Part shown: one piece after another, positions 44,243-54,908 of the stretch
Numbering within the stretch: position 1 is the stretch's first letter
Layout: each line of letters begins with the position of its first letter
IMG/VR virus record: IMGVR_UViG_3300037190_000626
Span: 13,960-77,959 of that record
Length of the DNA: 64,000 bases
Reading direction: 5' to 3' (one strand)
From: a virus
The notes under the pieces: model-generated
What the model was told of the DNA's origin: nothing
The model's input: only the letters and a program-made list of their open reading frames with translations
The model's database searches: none
Program-made: the position numbers and the translations under genes

Positions 44243-44623
44243 GTGGACGAAATTACTAAACGTGTAGCAAGAATTGAAGATGAAGTTTTGATGCTTAAAA
44301 GGAATCTAGCATCGTGGATGACATTTGCTGATGAGAGCAGGGTTCTTCCTATTGTGTCGTACCGTAGTTCTTATAACGGCAAAGACACACTGGAAACAGT
44401 GTCTGATCTTTCTCAGCTAGTTCCGGAGGCGCAAGAAGTTATATCTGATGCCTTGGAGGAGTGGCACGGTGCTGCGGTCATTAAATGCTTGGGTGAGCTG
44501 GGAAAAACCATTAAGCAATTGGAGCGGGAACTTTTAGGTAGCCCCGCTATAGCGGCAGCAGTGACAGGCCCCCTAGGAGCTGCTGCTTTAGTCGAGGAGT
44601 CCGATGATGAGTTTAGTAGCTAG
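44243..44623 (+). CDS. Hypothetical protein
   Basis: 126-aa ORF with RBS GGGAG. Confidence 0.5.
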   Translation: MDEITKRVARIEDEVLMLKRNLASWMTFADESRVLPIVSYRSSYNGKDTLETVSDLSQLVPEAQEVISDALEEWHGAAVIKCLGELGKTIKQLERELLGSPAIAAAVTGPLGAAALVEESDDEFSS

Positions 44624-45512
44624 TGAGCGATATGTGGTTGGTCAAATTTTGCAGCGGCGGGATCGTTTGTTTTCACAGTTGAAAGGTTTTGCGGATAAGC
44701 GTATTACGGACGACGTTCTTCTGGAGCTCGTGGCTGGTGTGTGTCGGGGGATGCCTGTTTCGGTTCGCAAGCACTTTGTTTCCCAGTCGCTTTTTGAGTT
44801 GATAGGGGAAGTCCCTAACCGAGAGACTTTGTTTAACACGTTTTGGCGGTTGTCAGGTAACTTACCGAAGTTGATGTCGGGAGCCCCTAGTCACCCTTGG
44901 AACGGGCAGAAAGGTTCTGAACTTGTTCCGGCCCAGATATTGGAGGTTAACCTTGTTCGCCGTTTTGGTGAGCTTGCCTACAGTATTTTATTTCAGTTTC
45001 TTGCAGGTTCTGCGTGCCCCCTTAGATCGCATCAGTATTGGTCTCCTAAGAAGGTGTCCTTTTTGGCTTCCCGGAAAGACGACAGCGGCTACGGGTTCAT
45101 GTTTTCTAGGCGTACTGGGAGTCGCTCGAAACGCGTGTCAAAGTATCCGTATTCTGACGCCAGACAGCTTGTTGGAATGCGTTGTCTGGCGCTTCTAGAC
45201 CCTGAAAAATCAGAAGACGGTCCTGATTTTCAGGAGATTAGATTTTCGTCTAGTGTTTCTCTCCATAACCGGGAACTCCTTAAGAAACGTGCGAGGTTAG
45301 ACGAAGGGTATTCGTGTCCGGAGAGCTTTCCTCCCACACAAACGTGTCACACATGCTACATTGGACAGGATAAGTGTAGTGCCGCATGTCATCGCAAAAC
45401 TTACGACATTGATTTTTGTGATAAATGTGACCAGCAAGCTTATTTTGATACAGAAGATTTAAGTAGTTACTGTGTTAACTGCGCGGCAGAAGTTAGAAAA
45501 AAGAAGAAATGA
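44604..45512 (+). CDS. Hypothetical protein with Cys-rich C-terminal zinc-binding region
   Basis: CHTC, CSAAC, CDKC, CVNC. Confidence 0.6.
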   Translation: MMSLVASERYVVGQILQRRDRLFSQLKGFADKRITDDVLLELVAGVCRGMPVSVRKHFVSQSLFELIGEVPNRETLFNTFWRLSGNLPKLMSGAPSHPWNGQKGSELVPAQILEVNLVRRFGELAYSILFQFLAGSACPLRSHQYWSPKKVSFLASRKDDSGYGFMFSRRTGSRSKRVSKYPYSDARQLVGMRCLALLDPEKSEDGPDFQEIRFSSSVSLHNRELLKKRARLDEGYSCPESFPPTQTCHTCYIGQDKCSAACHRKTYDIDFCDKCDQQAYFDTEDLSSYCVNCAAEVRKKKK

Positions 45513-45521
45513 GAGGTCAAT

Positions 45522-46049
45522 ATGAGTGGTGCATCACTACAGGCGAGGATGACGGAGAACGATCCTCGCCTGTATAACGTTAATCGCGATTTAGCGCACA
45601 ACTACAAGCAAATTTTAGAGATGGTTGCTGCTAGGCTGGAAGATGGCACGTGGCCGGAGCTAGACTCGCTGCTTAAAGAAAATGATGTCACGATGGATGA
45701 CTTGGGGGAGGCATGTGCGGCCTTCTGCCGGTATGTGGCATCAGCGACGACGGAGAAGAAAGCGACTATGCTTGAAGGTCTTGATAGTTCAGGATGGTTT
45801 GAGTGTAAACCGTTTGCGCAAGCTGCTTACTTAGCTGTAATGGGAACTGTTGTTGCTGGGATAGCCCATCGCGGGATACGCGAGGCTACGCTGGGTGAGG
45901 ACGGCCCCGCGTTGCGGGTAGGAGAGCTTCTGGAGTCGGGTGACCGGTGCCTTAAGGCGTTACGCGTTCCGCGATGGAGGCGGAGGGTAAACGGTATTAC
46001 CTCACGATTTAAGGGGGCTTTTTCTGCTCTTTTCGGAGGTACGCCTTAA
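45522..46049 (+). CDS. Hypothetical protein
   Basis: 175-aa ORF with GAGG RBS. Confidence 0.55.
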   Translation: MSGASLQARMTENDPRLYNVNRDLAHNYKQILEMVAARLEDGTWPELDSLLKENDVTMDDLGEACAAFCRYVASATTEKKATMLEGLDSSGWFECKPFAQAAYLAVMGTVVAGIAHRGIREATLGEDGPALRVGELLESGDRCLKALRVPRWRRRVNGITSRFKGAFSALFGGTP

Positions 46050-46573
46050 TGGCCAGACCGCGATATGAGAATTCTTCCACCTTACAGGAGGAAGTTAAAT
46101 TCTTCAGTGATCTTCGACGCCTAGACGATTACGCGGAGTACAGGTTTCAAAAACTACCACTTAGCTACCGATTGGAATGCGCCATCGAAGATAAGTCGAA
46201 CGGTGATATCATCGGCTTCTGTGAGTTTAAGCGGCGAACTAATCGCCGTGGCCAGTACCCGACGCTTTTGCTTAGCTTACATAAATATGCGGATCTTTGT
46301 GACTATGCCAAGTTCGGTGAGTCTTTCTTGTTTGTTCGCTGGGAAGACTTTGACGGGGTCTACCACGTCAACGAGCATGCAGATTCTGTTACGGATTACA
46401 AAATTGCGTGGGGTGGCCGTCGAGACCGCGATGACTGGCAAGATATGGAACCGACTATACACCTTCCGATAGAGCATTTTGAGGTAGTGAACACCGAACG
46501 TACCCCTTTGTCTCCTCAGCAGATTAAATCTGTTAACGATAAGTGGAAGTCCGGAGAGGGGTGGAGGGTATAA
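46049..46573 (+). CDS. PD-(D/E)xK-like nuclease family protein
   Basis: SYRLECAI...FCEFKRR...WGGRRDRDDWQDMEP. Confidence 0.6.
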   Translation: MARPRYENSSTLQEEVKFFSDLRRLDDYAEYRFQKLPLSYRLECAIEDKSNGDIIGFCEFKRRTNRRGQYPTLLLSLHKYADLCDYAKFGESFLFVRWEDFDGVYHVNEHADSVTDYKIAWGGRRDRDDWQDMEPTIHLPIEHFEVVNTERTPLSPQQIKSVNDKWKSGEGWRV

Positions 46574-46605
46574 CTGAGGAGTCTAATAGACTCGAAGGAA
46601 CGAGT

Positions 46606-47616
46606 ATGATAATTAACGAATGGGAGTCATCTTTTACGAAAAAATACGGCCACATCTTTCCTGACACGTACCTGTGTATTGATACAGAGTACACGGGAGG
46701 GAACGAGCGAGAAGATTTAATCGTAGAAATTGGCCACGTGATGGTACAGGACGGCAACGTTATTGACCGTATGAATATTGTGCTGGATTGGACTACGCAC
46801 AAGGATGTCAGCTCTGCGTTCTTACGTTATAAATTAGATAACATTCGATCGCATATGGGGAGTGACTGGCGTGTTACGTGGGAAGTTATGCAGGAAGAAG
46901 GGGTATCACCCGTTAAAGCTTTCAGATTTTATGACAAGTTGTTTAGTACGTGGCACGCAAGGGATTTGCCTTACGTGGCACACAACGGGAGGTCGGCAGA
47001 AGAACGGATGTTGCGGGGAAACTTTAACCGCTTCATCAATAAACCGTTTGTCATGCAAGCTAACCAGCTGTGGGATACGGGGGCTATTTTTAAAGCAACC
47101 CAGTTGTTTGAATCTTCAAGTGAGTCGCACCGGTGGAAAGCAATTCCCGATAGTTCTGACAGTCTCAAGTCTTATTTTGATCGCGTTATAGGTGCGAGAA
47201 TTAAAGGACTTCGTTGGAATTTAAAGTATTGCCTTGAGCACTACAGTTTAATGGGTAAATTGGAGGATACGCACCGTTTCCATCAGGCGGATTATGATGC
47301 ATACTGTTCTCACTTGTTGATGCAAGAATATAAGTCAAGAATTACACGGAATAATTCAGGAGAAAACGCGGTTGAAAGTTCGGAGACTTTTGAGCGCATG
47401 TTCGAGGAGGAGATGGCAGAGGTAATAGTTTCTGAGGAAGAGGATATCCTGTCTAAGATAGTGGAAGAGGCCCCCAGACAGCCCTTACCTTCTTCCCCTA
47501 AGCCGGTAAAAGTAGAGGTACCTATACCGGCGGCGGTAAACGTGGAACCAGAGACACTGAAGCAATCGCGACCTCAGCCCCGTCGGGGCAGAAAAAGAGG
47601 ACAAAGAGTAATATGA
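46606..47616 (+). CDS. DEDDh 3'-5' exonuclease (DnaQ-like)
   Basis: IDTEYTG, VAHNG, WDTG, HQADYDA. Confidence 0.82.
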   Translation: MIINEWESSFTKKYGHIFPDTYLCIDTEYTGGNEREDLIVEIGHVMVQDGNVIDRMNIVLDWTTHKDVSSAFLRYKLDNIRSHMGSDWRVTWEVMQEEGVSPVKAFRFYDKLFSTWHARDLPYVAHNGRSAEERMLRGNFNRFINKPFVMQANQLWDTGAIFKATQLFESSSESHRWKAIPDSSDSLKSYFDRVIGARIKGLRWNLKYCLEHYSLMGKLEDTHRFHQADYDAYCSHLLMQEYKSRITRNNSGENAVESSETFERMFEEEMAEVIVSEEEDILSKIVEEAPRQPLPSSPKPVKVEVPIPAAVNVEPETLKQSRPQPRRGRKRGQRVI

Positions 47617-48185
47617 GTCATGACGACGTACTAGAAGAAGTAAGTAATTTTATGGGTAGCATTCCCCCACGGGGGAATGGCGCCTCTATTTTTTTAGGTA
47701 TTGACCCCGGGGCTACGGGAGCCATTGCTTTTTTGCACCCTACGGGGAATGAGAAAGCAATTGCGATAGACATCCCCACGACGAAGGTGGTCACTAAGAA
47801 GAAAGGCAAACCGAGTTATCGCACCCAGACGGACTTGGGTGCGTTGTGGGATATTTTTAAGTCGTTCGAGAGCAATTTTGGCCGATTACATGTGGTGATC
47901 GAACAGCAACAGCCTATCCCCCGTGACACTGCCTTAACGGGTTTCACCGTGGGCCGTAATTTTGGGATGTGGCCTCTGTTCTTGTATAGTCACGGTATTT
48001 CGCATGAGACTGTTCGCCCAGTAGCTTGGAAAAAGCAAATGGGTTTGATACGTAAGGATAAGGAGGCGGCTAGGCTTAAGGCCCAGAAGATGTTTCCGGG
48101 CGCCTCCTTGAGTCGTAAGAAAGATCATAACCGGGCGGAAGCTTTGCTTATTGCAGAGTGCGTACGTTCAAGGAGTATAGAGTAA
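47613..48185 (+). CDS. RuvC-like Holliday junction resolvase
   Basis: GIDPGATGAIA, VVIEQ, PVAWKK, DHNRAEALLIA. Confidence 0.88.
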   Translation: MSHDDVLEEVSNFMGSIPPRGNGASIFLGIDPGATGAIAFLHPTGNEKAIAIDIPTTKVVTKKKGKPSYRTQTDLGALWDIFKSFESNFGRLHVVIEQQQPIPRDTALTGFTVGRNFGMWPLFLYSHGISHETVRPVAWKKQMGLIRKDKEAARLKAQKMFPGASLSRKKDHNRAEALLIAECVRSRSIE

Positions 48186-49327
48186 TGGTTGAACACCCGC
48201 AGGACGATGAGTCCACCGAAGACATCGTCGAGCAGGCGAAGCAAGATTCAGTTGTGAATTCAGAAATCACGAAGGAACAACAAGAACATATGGATCGCTG
48301 GCAGGCCTTGTCAGAGAAGGCACAAGAGTTGCTTATCTCCGAGGAGGGTTTACGGCAGGTGGTGGGGGCGATGCTGGCTTCCCGCCAGTTGTATGCCATG
48401 GCACTGACCGATATGGATGTTCGTGTAGATGGATTGGAGGTAGACGACGAGGATAAAGATCAGCTGCGGGAGATTTTTATATCTGCTTCGGCTACGCAGG
48501 CGGCTAATCCGTTTGACGAGAATGAGCTTTTCCGGGGCATGGAAGAAACAGTGATGCCTTGGATGAAAAGTGTAGCCAAGGAGCACACACTTCTGGAAGA
48601 GCGTACTAGGCGAGAAGAAATTCAGAACGCGGAACAGGAGCGACGCGGGAAAAATGTCAAGGTAGGCGTGGAATATACACAACCTGATGAGGCACAGGCG
48701 ACGTTGTCCGACGAACTTAATCGAACGCGGACGTTGGTATTGGTTGGGTGGCGTCCTGCTGTCTTGTGGGTCATTAATCATATGTTGGAGTACGTGACTT
48801 CTCAGGAGGCCTTTGCGACTTCGCTGGCTCCCAAGCAGACCGTTGTTTTGACTAGGAGAGGCGGCGGACACAGCGATCCCCGTATTATGACTATCGGGGA
48901 AAAAGGCTGGGAGAATTGCGCTAAGAGTAATGACGGGTGGAAGCGTACTTTTCAGGAGATGTATCTGGACAAGTTGAAAGACCCTGTGGACTTGTTTGTT
49001 GTTACTGATCTAGCGCATGCCCGTGAGGGTCACAGTTTCCAGTCACCCACGGCAAAAGCGTCAGAAGCACAAAAGAAGTTACGGAAGTGGGCAACGGTTA
49101 TGGGCGCTGCTTTTGTGGGGGCCGTCTTATTGGACGGGGAGAAGCTTCCGGATTTTAATACTCCTATCTGGGAGCAGCTTCGTTTGTTCACATATTTACG
49201 CGGAGTGGGTGTGGAAGTGCGAGAGGATGGCGATTATGACATCATCGTCGGCAGACATACTCGCATCGAGGGGGTTTCAAAAGAGGAAGTTGATGCCTTT
49301 TCGTCTAGCGACATTATCACACCGTAA
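48185..49327 (+). CDS. Hypothetical protein
   Basis: About 380-aa ORF; C-terminal half may be a degenerate P-loop fold (unverified). Confidence 0.55.
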   Translation: MVEHPQDDESTEDIVEQAKQDSVVNSEITKEQQEHMDRWQALSEKAQELLISEEGLRQVVGAMLASRQLYAMALTDMDVRVDGLEVDDEDKDQLREIFISASATQAANPFDENELFRGMEETVMPWMKSVAKEHTLLEERTRREEIQNAEQERRGKNVKVGVEYTQPDEAQATLSDELNRTRTLVLVGWRPAVLWVINHMLEYVTSQEAFATSLAPKQTVVLTRRGGGHSDPRIMTIGEKGWENCAKSNDGWKRTFQEMYLDKLKDPVDLFVVTDLAHAREGHSFQSPTAKASEAQKKLRKWATVMGAAFVGAVLLDGEKLPDFNTPIWEQLRLFTYLRGVGVEVREDGDYDIIVGRHTRIEGVSKEEVDAFSSSDIITP

Positions 49328-49342
49328 AGAAGGATATAATTT

Positions 49343-49927
49343 ATGAAATCTAGTATTGAGATTGTGGTTGGTTATTCGCTGGCACCGAGGGAGGTGAAGC
49401 CGGGGTCGACGGCGAAGAAGACGGCGGGGGAGAAATCTTTAGGTTTATCTCCTTACGTTAGTCAAGTGGCAGATGTCCATATGATCATCCCGGCGATTGA
49501 GAAAGCTATAACTTATCGTACAGCTAGTCGCGGGGAGGAAAGTGGCAAGTTGAGCGCACTGGGGGCCACGGCTTCTTTTATTAAGAAGCATTCCTACGAC
49601 GTGGGTTTATCGCCCGTCTTCGTGGGCTTTGATATAAATGCTTTTCTGCGGTTTGTCGGTTTTGATTGCAGTTTGTCACATACATTTTTCCCGCACACCT
49701 ACTGGGGAAGTACGGATCACTCCGCTGAACTTCACGATTATTTGGGTGTACGATCGGCGACGGATGTGAAATCTGCTTTAAGCTACTTCTCTAGTGGGTT
49801 TAGCGGTGAAGACCTAGAGAAGTACATTGAGCTAGTGAAGGGGTGGGAGAGTCATACAGACGCTGAGCGGGATGCCCAGTTGGCGTTTTTGTTCGGCTCG
49901 ATTTTTTGGTTATGGTCTACTCCTTAG
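49343..49927 (+). CDS. Hypothetical protein
   Basis: 194-aa ORF with RBS. Confidence 0.55.
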   Translation: MKSSIEIVVGYSLAPREVKPGSTAKKTAGEKSLGLSPYVSQVADVHMIIPAIEKAITYRTASRGEESGKLSALGATASFIKKHSYDVGLSPVFVGFDINAFLRFVGFDCSLSHTFFPHTYWGSTDHSAELHDYLGVRSATDVKSALSYFSSGFSGEDLEKYIELVKGWESHTDAERDAQLAFLFGSIFWLWSTP

Positions 49928-49937
49928 AGGTTGCAGT

Positions 49938-50615
49938 ATGGCGGATCATGTAGGTGGACCACCGGAAAGTAAATTTGTAAAGTTTACGCCTTACAAGGTC
50001 AATGTACGTCCAGTGGAGTTTGGAGGGACGCCCCCTTCGTTGGCTGTTTTTCCTGAGTGGGTGTGGTATACCCCGGCCCCTGCCTTTTTATGGGGAGGGT
50101 TGGGACATGCTATCCTTTCGGAACTACAACATGAATTAGGGTTTGAGTACTATCAGGCCACGTTTAGAGTCAGTTTATTTTCCGGGTTTGATGTGCAGGG
50201 GGATGCCTTCTGGAATAATACTTTGTGGGCCTGTAAGCAGACGGAGTGGGAGCCTTTCAAGGAAGCTTTGCTGGGCGTTATGAACGTAGATATGGAGAAC
50301 GGGTTGATTGTTAAATACGGACTACAGGAGCTCAGCGTGTACGACCCTGTTGCTGTGCAGAATAATTCGGTGATAACTCCGGACACGCCGACGCTTGATG
50401 TTGTCGCGTTTGGAGTGATGTCCAACAAATCAACAATTGCCTTTGATGTTACTAGCGGGGCAGTTGAGCGTCCGCATGTTTACACAGTTACTCCTGATCC
50501 GGCATTTGTAGAGATGGCTGACATGCTTCTTTCAGGTCAACAGGAGTTAGGCGGAGTGGTTGATAACTTTAAGAATGTAAAGATAGATGGCTCGAAGTAT
50601 CCGGGTCAGAATTAG
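49938..50615 (+). CDS. Hypothetical protein
   Basis: ORF with likely ATG at 49938. Confidence 0.55.
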   Translation: MADHVGGPPESKFVKFTPYKVNVRPVEFGGTPPSLAVFPEWVWYTPAPAFLWGGLGHAILSELQHELGFEYYQATFRVSLFSGFDVQGDAFWNNTLWACKQTEWEPFKEALLGVMNVDMENGLIVKYGLQELSVYDPVAVQNNSVITPDTPTLDVVAFGVMSNKSTIAFDVTSGAVERPHVYTVTPDPAFVEMADMLLSGQQELGGVVDNFKNVKIDGSKYPGQN

Positions 50616-50645
50616 TAACTTTAAGTACAGGACACGGGCAGCCTA

Positions 50646-50963
50646 ATGGAACATCCAATTTTTAGTGTGAGAGAAGAATTGGTACCTCAAGCTGTAGTGA
50701 GTGTTAAGGTATTTGAAGGAGAGACCTCTGCCGCAGTAGAGGAGGCGATTAACAAGTGGATTTCTGAAACACAAAACTTAGTGGTATGTCCGGGCCCCGT
50801 TTCTGCGGGCGAGGGTTCGGCGCGTATAGCTATTACTTACGTGAAAGCGAATATTAATAATGACCCCGAAAGAAGACGGAAAATGGCCGAAGCTCCTGAG
50901 CTCGATGCCGCATCAGGTCGTAAACGCACTAGAGGCGAAAGCGACGGCGGCAGAATCGCTTGA
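50646..50963 (+). CDS. Hypothetical protein
   Basis: VKVFEG...VEEAINKWI small alpha/beta motif. Confidence 0.5.
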   Translation: MEHPIFSVREELVPQAVVSVKVFEGETSAAVEEAINKWISETQNLVVCPGPVSAGEGSARIAITYVKANINNDPERRRKMAEAPELDAASGRKRTRGESDGGRIA

Positions 50964-51459
50964 TGAGGCTGAGTATAATTACCGGGCAACTGTGGGCGCT
51001 ATGCCGGGAGCGGTACAGGAACGCTTGGCCAGTCCTGCGAAAGAGGTGCGTGTTGAGGTTAGTACGCAACCCGCGTGGTGCTTATGTGAGATGCCCGAGG
51101 GGGACTATTCCCGAGTACGTGTTTTCTCTGATTTAGAAAATTTAGTAAATCATATCGGACGCCTTGAAGGGGAGGAAGTTTCTGTTTGGGCTTTTTATGG
51201 TACCCCCCTTCGACTTACACGTCCGGATGGCACTGGTCAGCGCTACTTGTTGGTGTCGGATCAGGAGGTAGTTATCGTACCCAAGGGAAGTGATTCTATG
51301 CTTCAGTTTGCAGAAAACCCAACACTGCCGGAGGTGCAAGAGGATGGTTGGCTGGGGGATGAGGCATTTACACAAGGCAATGCCGAGAATTACTACGCTT
51401 ACGGAGCCCCTAAGGATGACCAATTTGATGACGCAGGGGATGCGGAAGAAGAGGATTAG
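50860..51459 (+). CDS. Hypothetical protein
   Basis: 199-aa acidic ORF. Confidence 0.5.
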   Translation: MTPKEDGKWPKLLSSMPHQVVNALEAKATAAESLDEAEYNYRATVGAMPGAVQERLASPAKEVRVEVSTQPAWCLCEMPEGDYSRVRVFSDLENLVNHIGRLEGEEVSVWAFYGTPLRLTRPDGTGQRYLLVSDQEVVIVPKGSDSMLQFAENPTLPEVQEDGWLGDEAFTQGNAENYYAYGAPKDDQFDDAGDAEEED

Positions 51460-51507
51460 TATGTTACACTAAGTGTGACTTTTTTTTAGCCATCAAGAGA
51501 AAATACC

Positions 51508-52485
51508 ATGCCGGATAACAAGACAGGACTTGTAACTGCACACACTCCGGACGACACCGCCTACCATCCGGGATTAAACGCATATGGCACCACGATTCCG
51601 CGATCGGCAAAAGACGGTGTGTCTCTTGGGTTTGATCCACATAAGCCCGGCAAGATAATCATCGATCCCGATATGGACGATGGAAATTTAGAAGTAGATT
51701 TCTCAAAGTTTGTTGAAGTAGACGATTTAAATAATAAAATTCAACAAGCTGTGGGGGCCTCTCCTGATGGGGACGGGGCTTTTCGGGCGTTTAGTAACAT
51801 TGCCGCCGAGCTGGCGGATGGCGGGAAAAAGGCATCTCCCTCCACTCCGCAGCAGGTTTTAAAGAAGGAGCCGGTTAACATGAATAAGCCTAGGTTGAAA
51901 AAACCACAACCACAAGTGAATCCCGTTGTGGCGGATAATCCGTCTGCGGTTGGTGCGGACCAAGCTAATGATATGCTTCATGCTATGTTAGCGCAGCAAT
52001 CAACTTTACTTGGTCAGCTCACATCGCAGGTGGCTGACCTTCACAAGGAGCGGGAGTCTCCCGTACAATTGACGGAAGACGAAGCGAGCACACCAGAAGC
52101 CGAGGATGAGGTACAGGAAGAAATGCCGGATACGATAACATCACCCAACGAATGTTTGGAAATGCCTTTCTTAGGTATCCCAGCTCCGATAAAGCCGACA
52201 AAGGAAATCTATTTTGAAATGCCGCAAGCGGGTACAATGGGGGCTCGGTATCATGAGGTGATTGAAGGCGGTAGCTGTATAGCCCTCGTATATGACACTC
52301 GTTACGAGGAGGGCTATCAGTGGATTCCTCCATCGCTTGGTGATGCAAAGATTAAGATGACGATTCCTAAGGATAAAAAGACGTACACTTGTTCGAGCCT
52401 TGGGATTCATTTTCATATTGGAGTTTTAGACGTGGTTGTGTTGTTTAAGCACGACGACGATGACGCAATTAAGGAGAATTACTAA
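51508..52485 (+). CDS. Hypothetical protein
   Basis: 325-aa ORF following a T-rich intergenic gap. Confidence 0.55.
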   Translation: MPDNKTGLVTAHTPDDTAYHPGLNAYGTTIPRSAKDGVSLGFDPHKPGKIIIDPDMDDGNLEVDFSKFVEVDDLNNKIQQAVGASPDGDGAFRAFSNIAAELADGGKKASPSTPQQVLKKEPVNMNKPRLKKPQPQVNPVVADNPSAVGADQANDMLHAMLAQQSTLLGQLTSQVADLHKERESPVQLTEDEASTPEAEDEVQEEMPDTITSPNECLEMPFLGIPAPIKPTKEIYFEMPQAGTMGARYHEVIEGGSCIALVYDTRYEEGYQWIPPSLGDAKIKMTIPKDKKTYTCSSLGIHFHIGVLDVVVLFKHDDDDAIKENY

Positions 52486-52718
52486 TGTCAATGGAAAAAC
52501 GTGGTGTTATTAACGGGGATACTCCTCTGGGGACTTGTTGTGGTGGTGGTTGCAAAGGCCCCAAAGGCGAAGCGGGGGTTGATGGCGATCAGTTACTGCT
52601 AAAGTTCGGGGAAGCGTCGCAGCCGGAGACAGAGAAAGAAGCAGATGACATGGCAGATAGTACCGTATCACGGGCTGTCGATGCTGTAGCAGAGGAGACA
52701 CAACAGGATGGCGAATAG
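52485..52718 (+). CDS. Small hypothetical protein
   Basis: MEKRGVI motif; TAATG coupling. Confidence 0.5.
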   Translation: MSMEKRGVINGDTPLGTCCGGGCKGPKGEAGVDGDQLLLKFGEASQPETEKEADDMADSTVSRAVDAVAEETQQDGE

Positions 52719-52956
52719 TCGACGCGAGTTAGCTTACGAGGCGTTGTCCGATAATTACACGGCTCAACGTTCTGAAGCGCTCCATAATTTATTGGTTTAT
52801 TTTGAAAACCCGGCGGGCATTGGCGAGCACCCTGAGTTACAAGAAGAGATGCGGGGCCAACTTGAAAAATTAGCTAATGCCGAAGACGCACTTTCGTGCC
52901 TTAAAGCACACGAAAATTTGTTTAAGGGGTTGGGTAGCGGACATCACGGAGGATAG
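52708..52956 (+). CDS. Small phage protein
   Basis: YFENPAGIGEHPEL motif recalled from marine phage proteins. Confidence 0.65.
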   Translation: MANSRRELAYEALSDNYTAQRSEALHNLLVYFENPAGIGEHPELQEEMRGQLEKLANAEDALSCLKAHENLFKGLGSGHHGG

Positions 52957-52958
52957 TC

Positions 52959-54899
52959 ATGTCAGGGTCTAATTTTTGGAAGCATTCTGTACCCGGGGGA
53001 TCGGAAGTATTTCCGGACCCCTTCTTGGACGTTGCGTCTCAGAACATGCCGGATACCATCCGGAATGCTCTTTCGTGGTCTGAGTATATCTGGAATGTTT
53101 TCGGCACATACCGGATGTCTATGGAGCGAGTTGTTTCGTATTTTCTCACGGACATCGAGATAGCGGGGGACGTTTCCGATGACGAGAAAAGCAAGTACAC
53201 CGAATTCTTAGATGATTCTTTGCACGCAATGGATTTCCTCCAGAACATGATGCGTGACCGCATGTGTTACGGGAACGCCTTCGGTAGTATTCTGGTTCCT
53301 TTCCGACGTTACCTCATGTCACCTAAGACAGGAGACATGTACCCACTTCATGTGGTGTACAAAAACGCACAATTTGATTTCAAGTGGTCACCCGAGTTTG
53401 AGTTTATTGCTACATGCCCCAAGACAAAGTGGCGTGGTGCGTGGAAGGTTGTGGATAAGCCTGAGGACGAAGAAGAGCACATCTCTTTAAAGCGATGGAG
53501 TCCCCACGAAATAGAGATACTTCACGACCCGTATACAGACGAAATGTCTTACTTGTGGCGTATCCCAGAAGACTACAAGCGTCTTGTTCGAAAAGGTCAC
53601 TTGTTTCATTTAGAGCGTGCGAGTGAGGAAGTTCTTAAGGCGATTAAGAATAACCATATGTTCCGGTTTAACGAGGACGCTATTTTTCACATGAAGGAGC
53701 CTACGCTTGCTGGTATTCGAAACCGTGGGTGGGGCCTTCCTCGTAGCTTGGTGAATTTCCGTCAGATTTACTACGTGCAGGTTCTTCGCAGATATAACGA
53801 AGCGATTGCTCTGGACTATGTTATCCCTTTCCGTCTGATTACGCCTGCTCCTCGGGGCGGCGGAAACGCGGGAGGCATGGCATCCCAAGACCCTATGATG
53901 TTTTATAATTCCGGGGATTTCAAGTCACAAGTTAAGGGGATGATGAACAGACGTCGCCAAGACCCGGCCAGCTGGCAGATTCTTCCATTCCCGGTGAATT
54001 ATCAGATGCTAGGAGGCGATGCGAATCAGTTAGCGCCTAAGGACTTGATGGATCAGGGGATGGAGACTCTTTTGAATGAGTCTGGCACGCCTGTGGAGTT
54101 GTACAAGGGTACGCTTTCTTTGCAGGCTGCGCCGGTGGCGTTACGTTTGTTTGAGAGTACGTGGCGTAACATGGTGCAGGAAGCTAACAGCCTTATTCAA
54201 TGGATACTTAAGGGTATTTCTCAGTTGATGAGTTGGGAACCTGTTGACGGTTCTCTAACCCGCGTGACGATTGCTGACGACATGAACAAGCAGATGGCTG
54301 CTCTCCAGTTGATGATGGGTCAGCAGGTATCCGGCACTACGGGACTCAAGGCCATTGGCTACGATTGGGATACCGAGCAACGTCTCTTATCCGAAGAAGC
54401 CCAAAAGCAGCAAGAGCTGCAAGCTCGAACTCAGGAGGAGATGGAGCAGGCAGGATTTGCTGCTGAAGTTGCTAAGGGTATGAATCCGATGGCTCCACAG
54501 CCTCAGGGCGGTCAACAAGGTGCTATGGGTGCTCCTGCTTCTATGGCTGGGGCTGTTGCTGGCGGCCAAGGCGGTGGCGGTAATCCTGTCGGTCCTGATG
54601 GGCAATCTGCTCTGGATGCGGGTATGACTCCTGTGAGTGCGTACATTGGCACGATGGGCCCAGATGTGCCGATAACGCCGAATGACTTGCAGGCAGCGGC
54701 AGAGTCGTTAGCTCAGCAGTTGTTGGGTCTACCTGAGGGTCAGAAAGATTCTCAGCTCAGGGAGCTTAAGCAATTTAATCCTACGCTTCACGCTTTGGTG
54801 CGTGAAAAGATGGACGACATACGTAGGAGTGCCAGAATGCAGGGAGGCGCAATGCTGATGGGTCAGCAAGGACAGGGCGGCGGTGCAGCTCCTATGTAA
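52959..54899 (+). CDS. Probable portal protein
   Basis: 646 aa with RDRMCYGNAF, FHMKEPTLAG...WGLP, PVNYQMLGG layout and a Q/G/A-rich tail, typical of large-phage portals. Confidence 0.65.
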   Translation: MSGSNFWKHSVPGGSEVFPDPFLDVASQNMPDTIRNALSWSEYIWNVFGTYRMSMERVVSYFLTDIEIAGDVSDDEKSKYTEFLDDSLHAMDFLQNMMRDRMCYGNAFGSILVPFRRYLMSPKTGDMYPLHVVYKNAQFDFKWSPEFEFIATCPKTKWRGAWKVVDKPEDEEEHISLKRWSPHEIEILHDPYTDEMSYLWRIPEDYKRLVRKGHLFHLERASEEVLKAIKNNHMFRFNEDAIFHMKEPTLAGIRNRGWGLPRSLVNFRQIYYVQVLRRYNEAIALDYVIPFRLITPAPRGGGNAGGMASQDPMMFYNSGDFKSQVKGMMNRRRQDPASWQILPFPVNYQMLGGDANQLAPKDLMDQGMETLLNESGTPVELYKGTLSLQAAPVALRLFESTWRNMVQEANSLIQWILKGISQLMSWEPVDGSLTRVTIADDMNKQMAALQLMMGQQVSGTTGLKAIGYDWDTEQRLLSEEAQKQQELQARTQEEMEQAGFAAEVAKGMNPMAPQPQGGQQGAMGAPASMAGAVAGGQGGGGNPVGPDGQSALDAGMTPVSAYIGTMGPDVPITPNDLQAAAESLAQQLLGLPEGQKDSQLRELKQFNPTLHALVREKMDDIRRSARMQGGAMLMGQQGQGGGAAPM

Positions 54900-54908
54900 G
54901 GGCGCTTT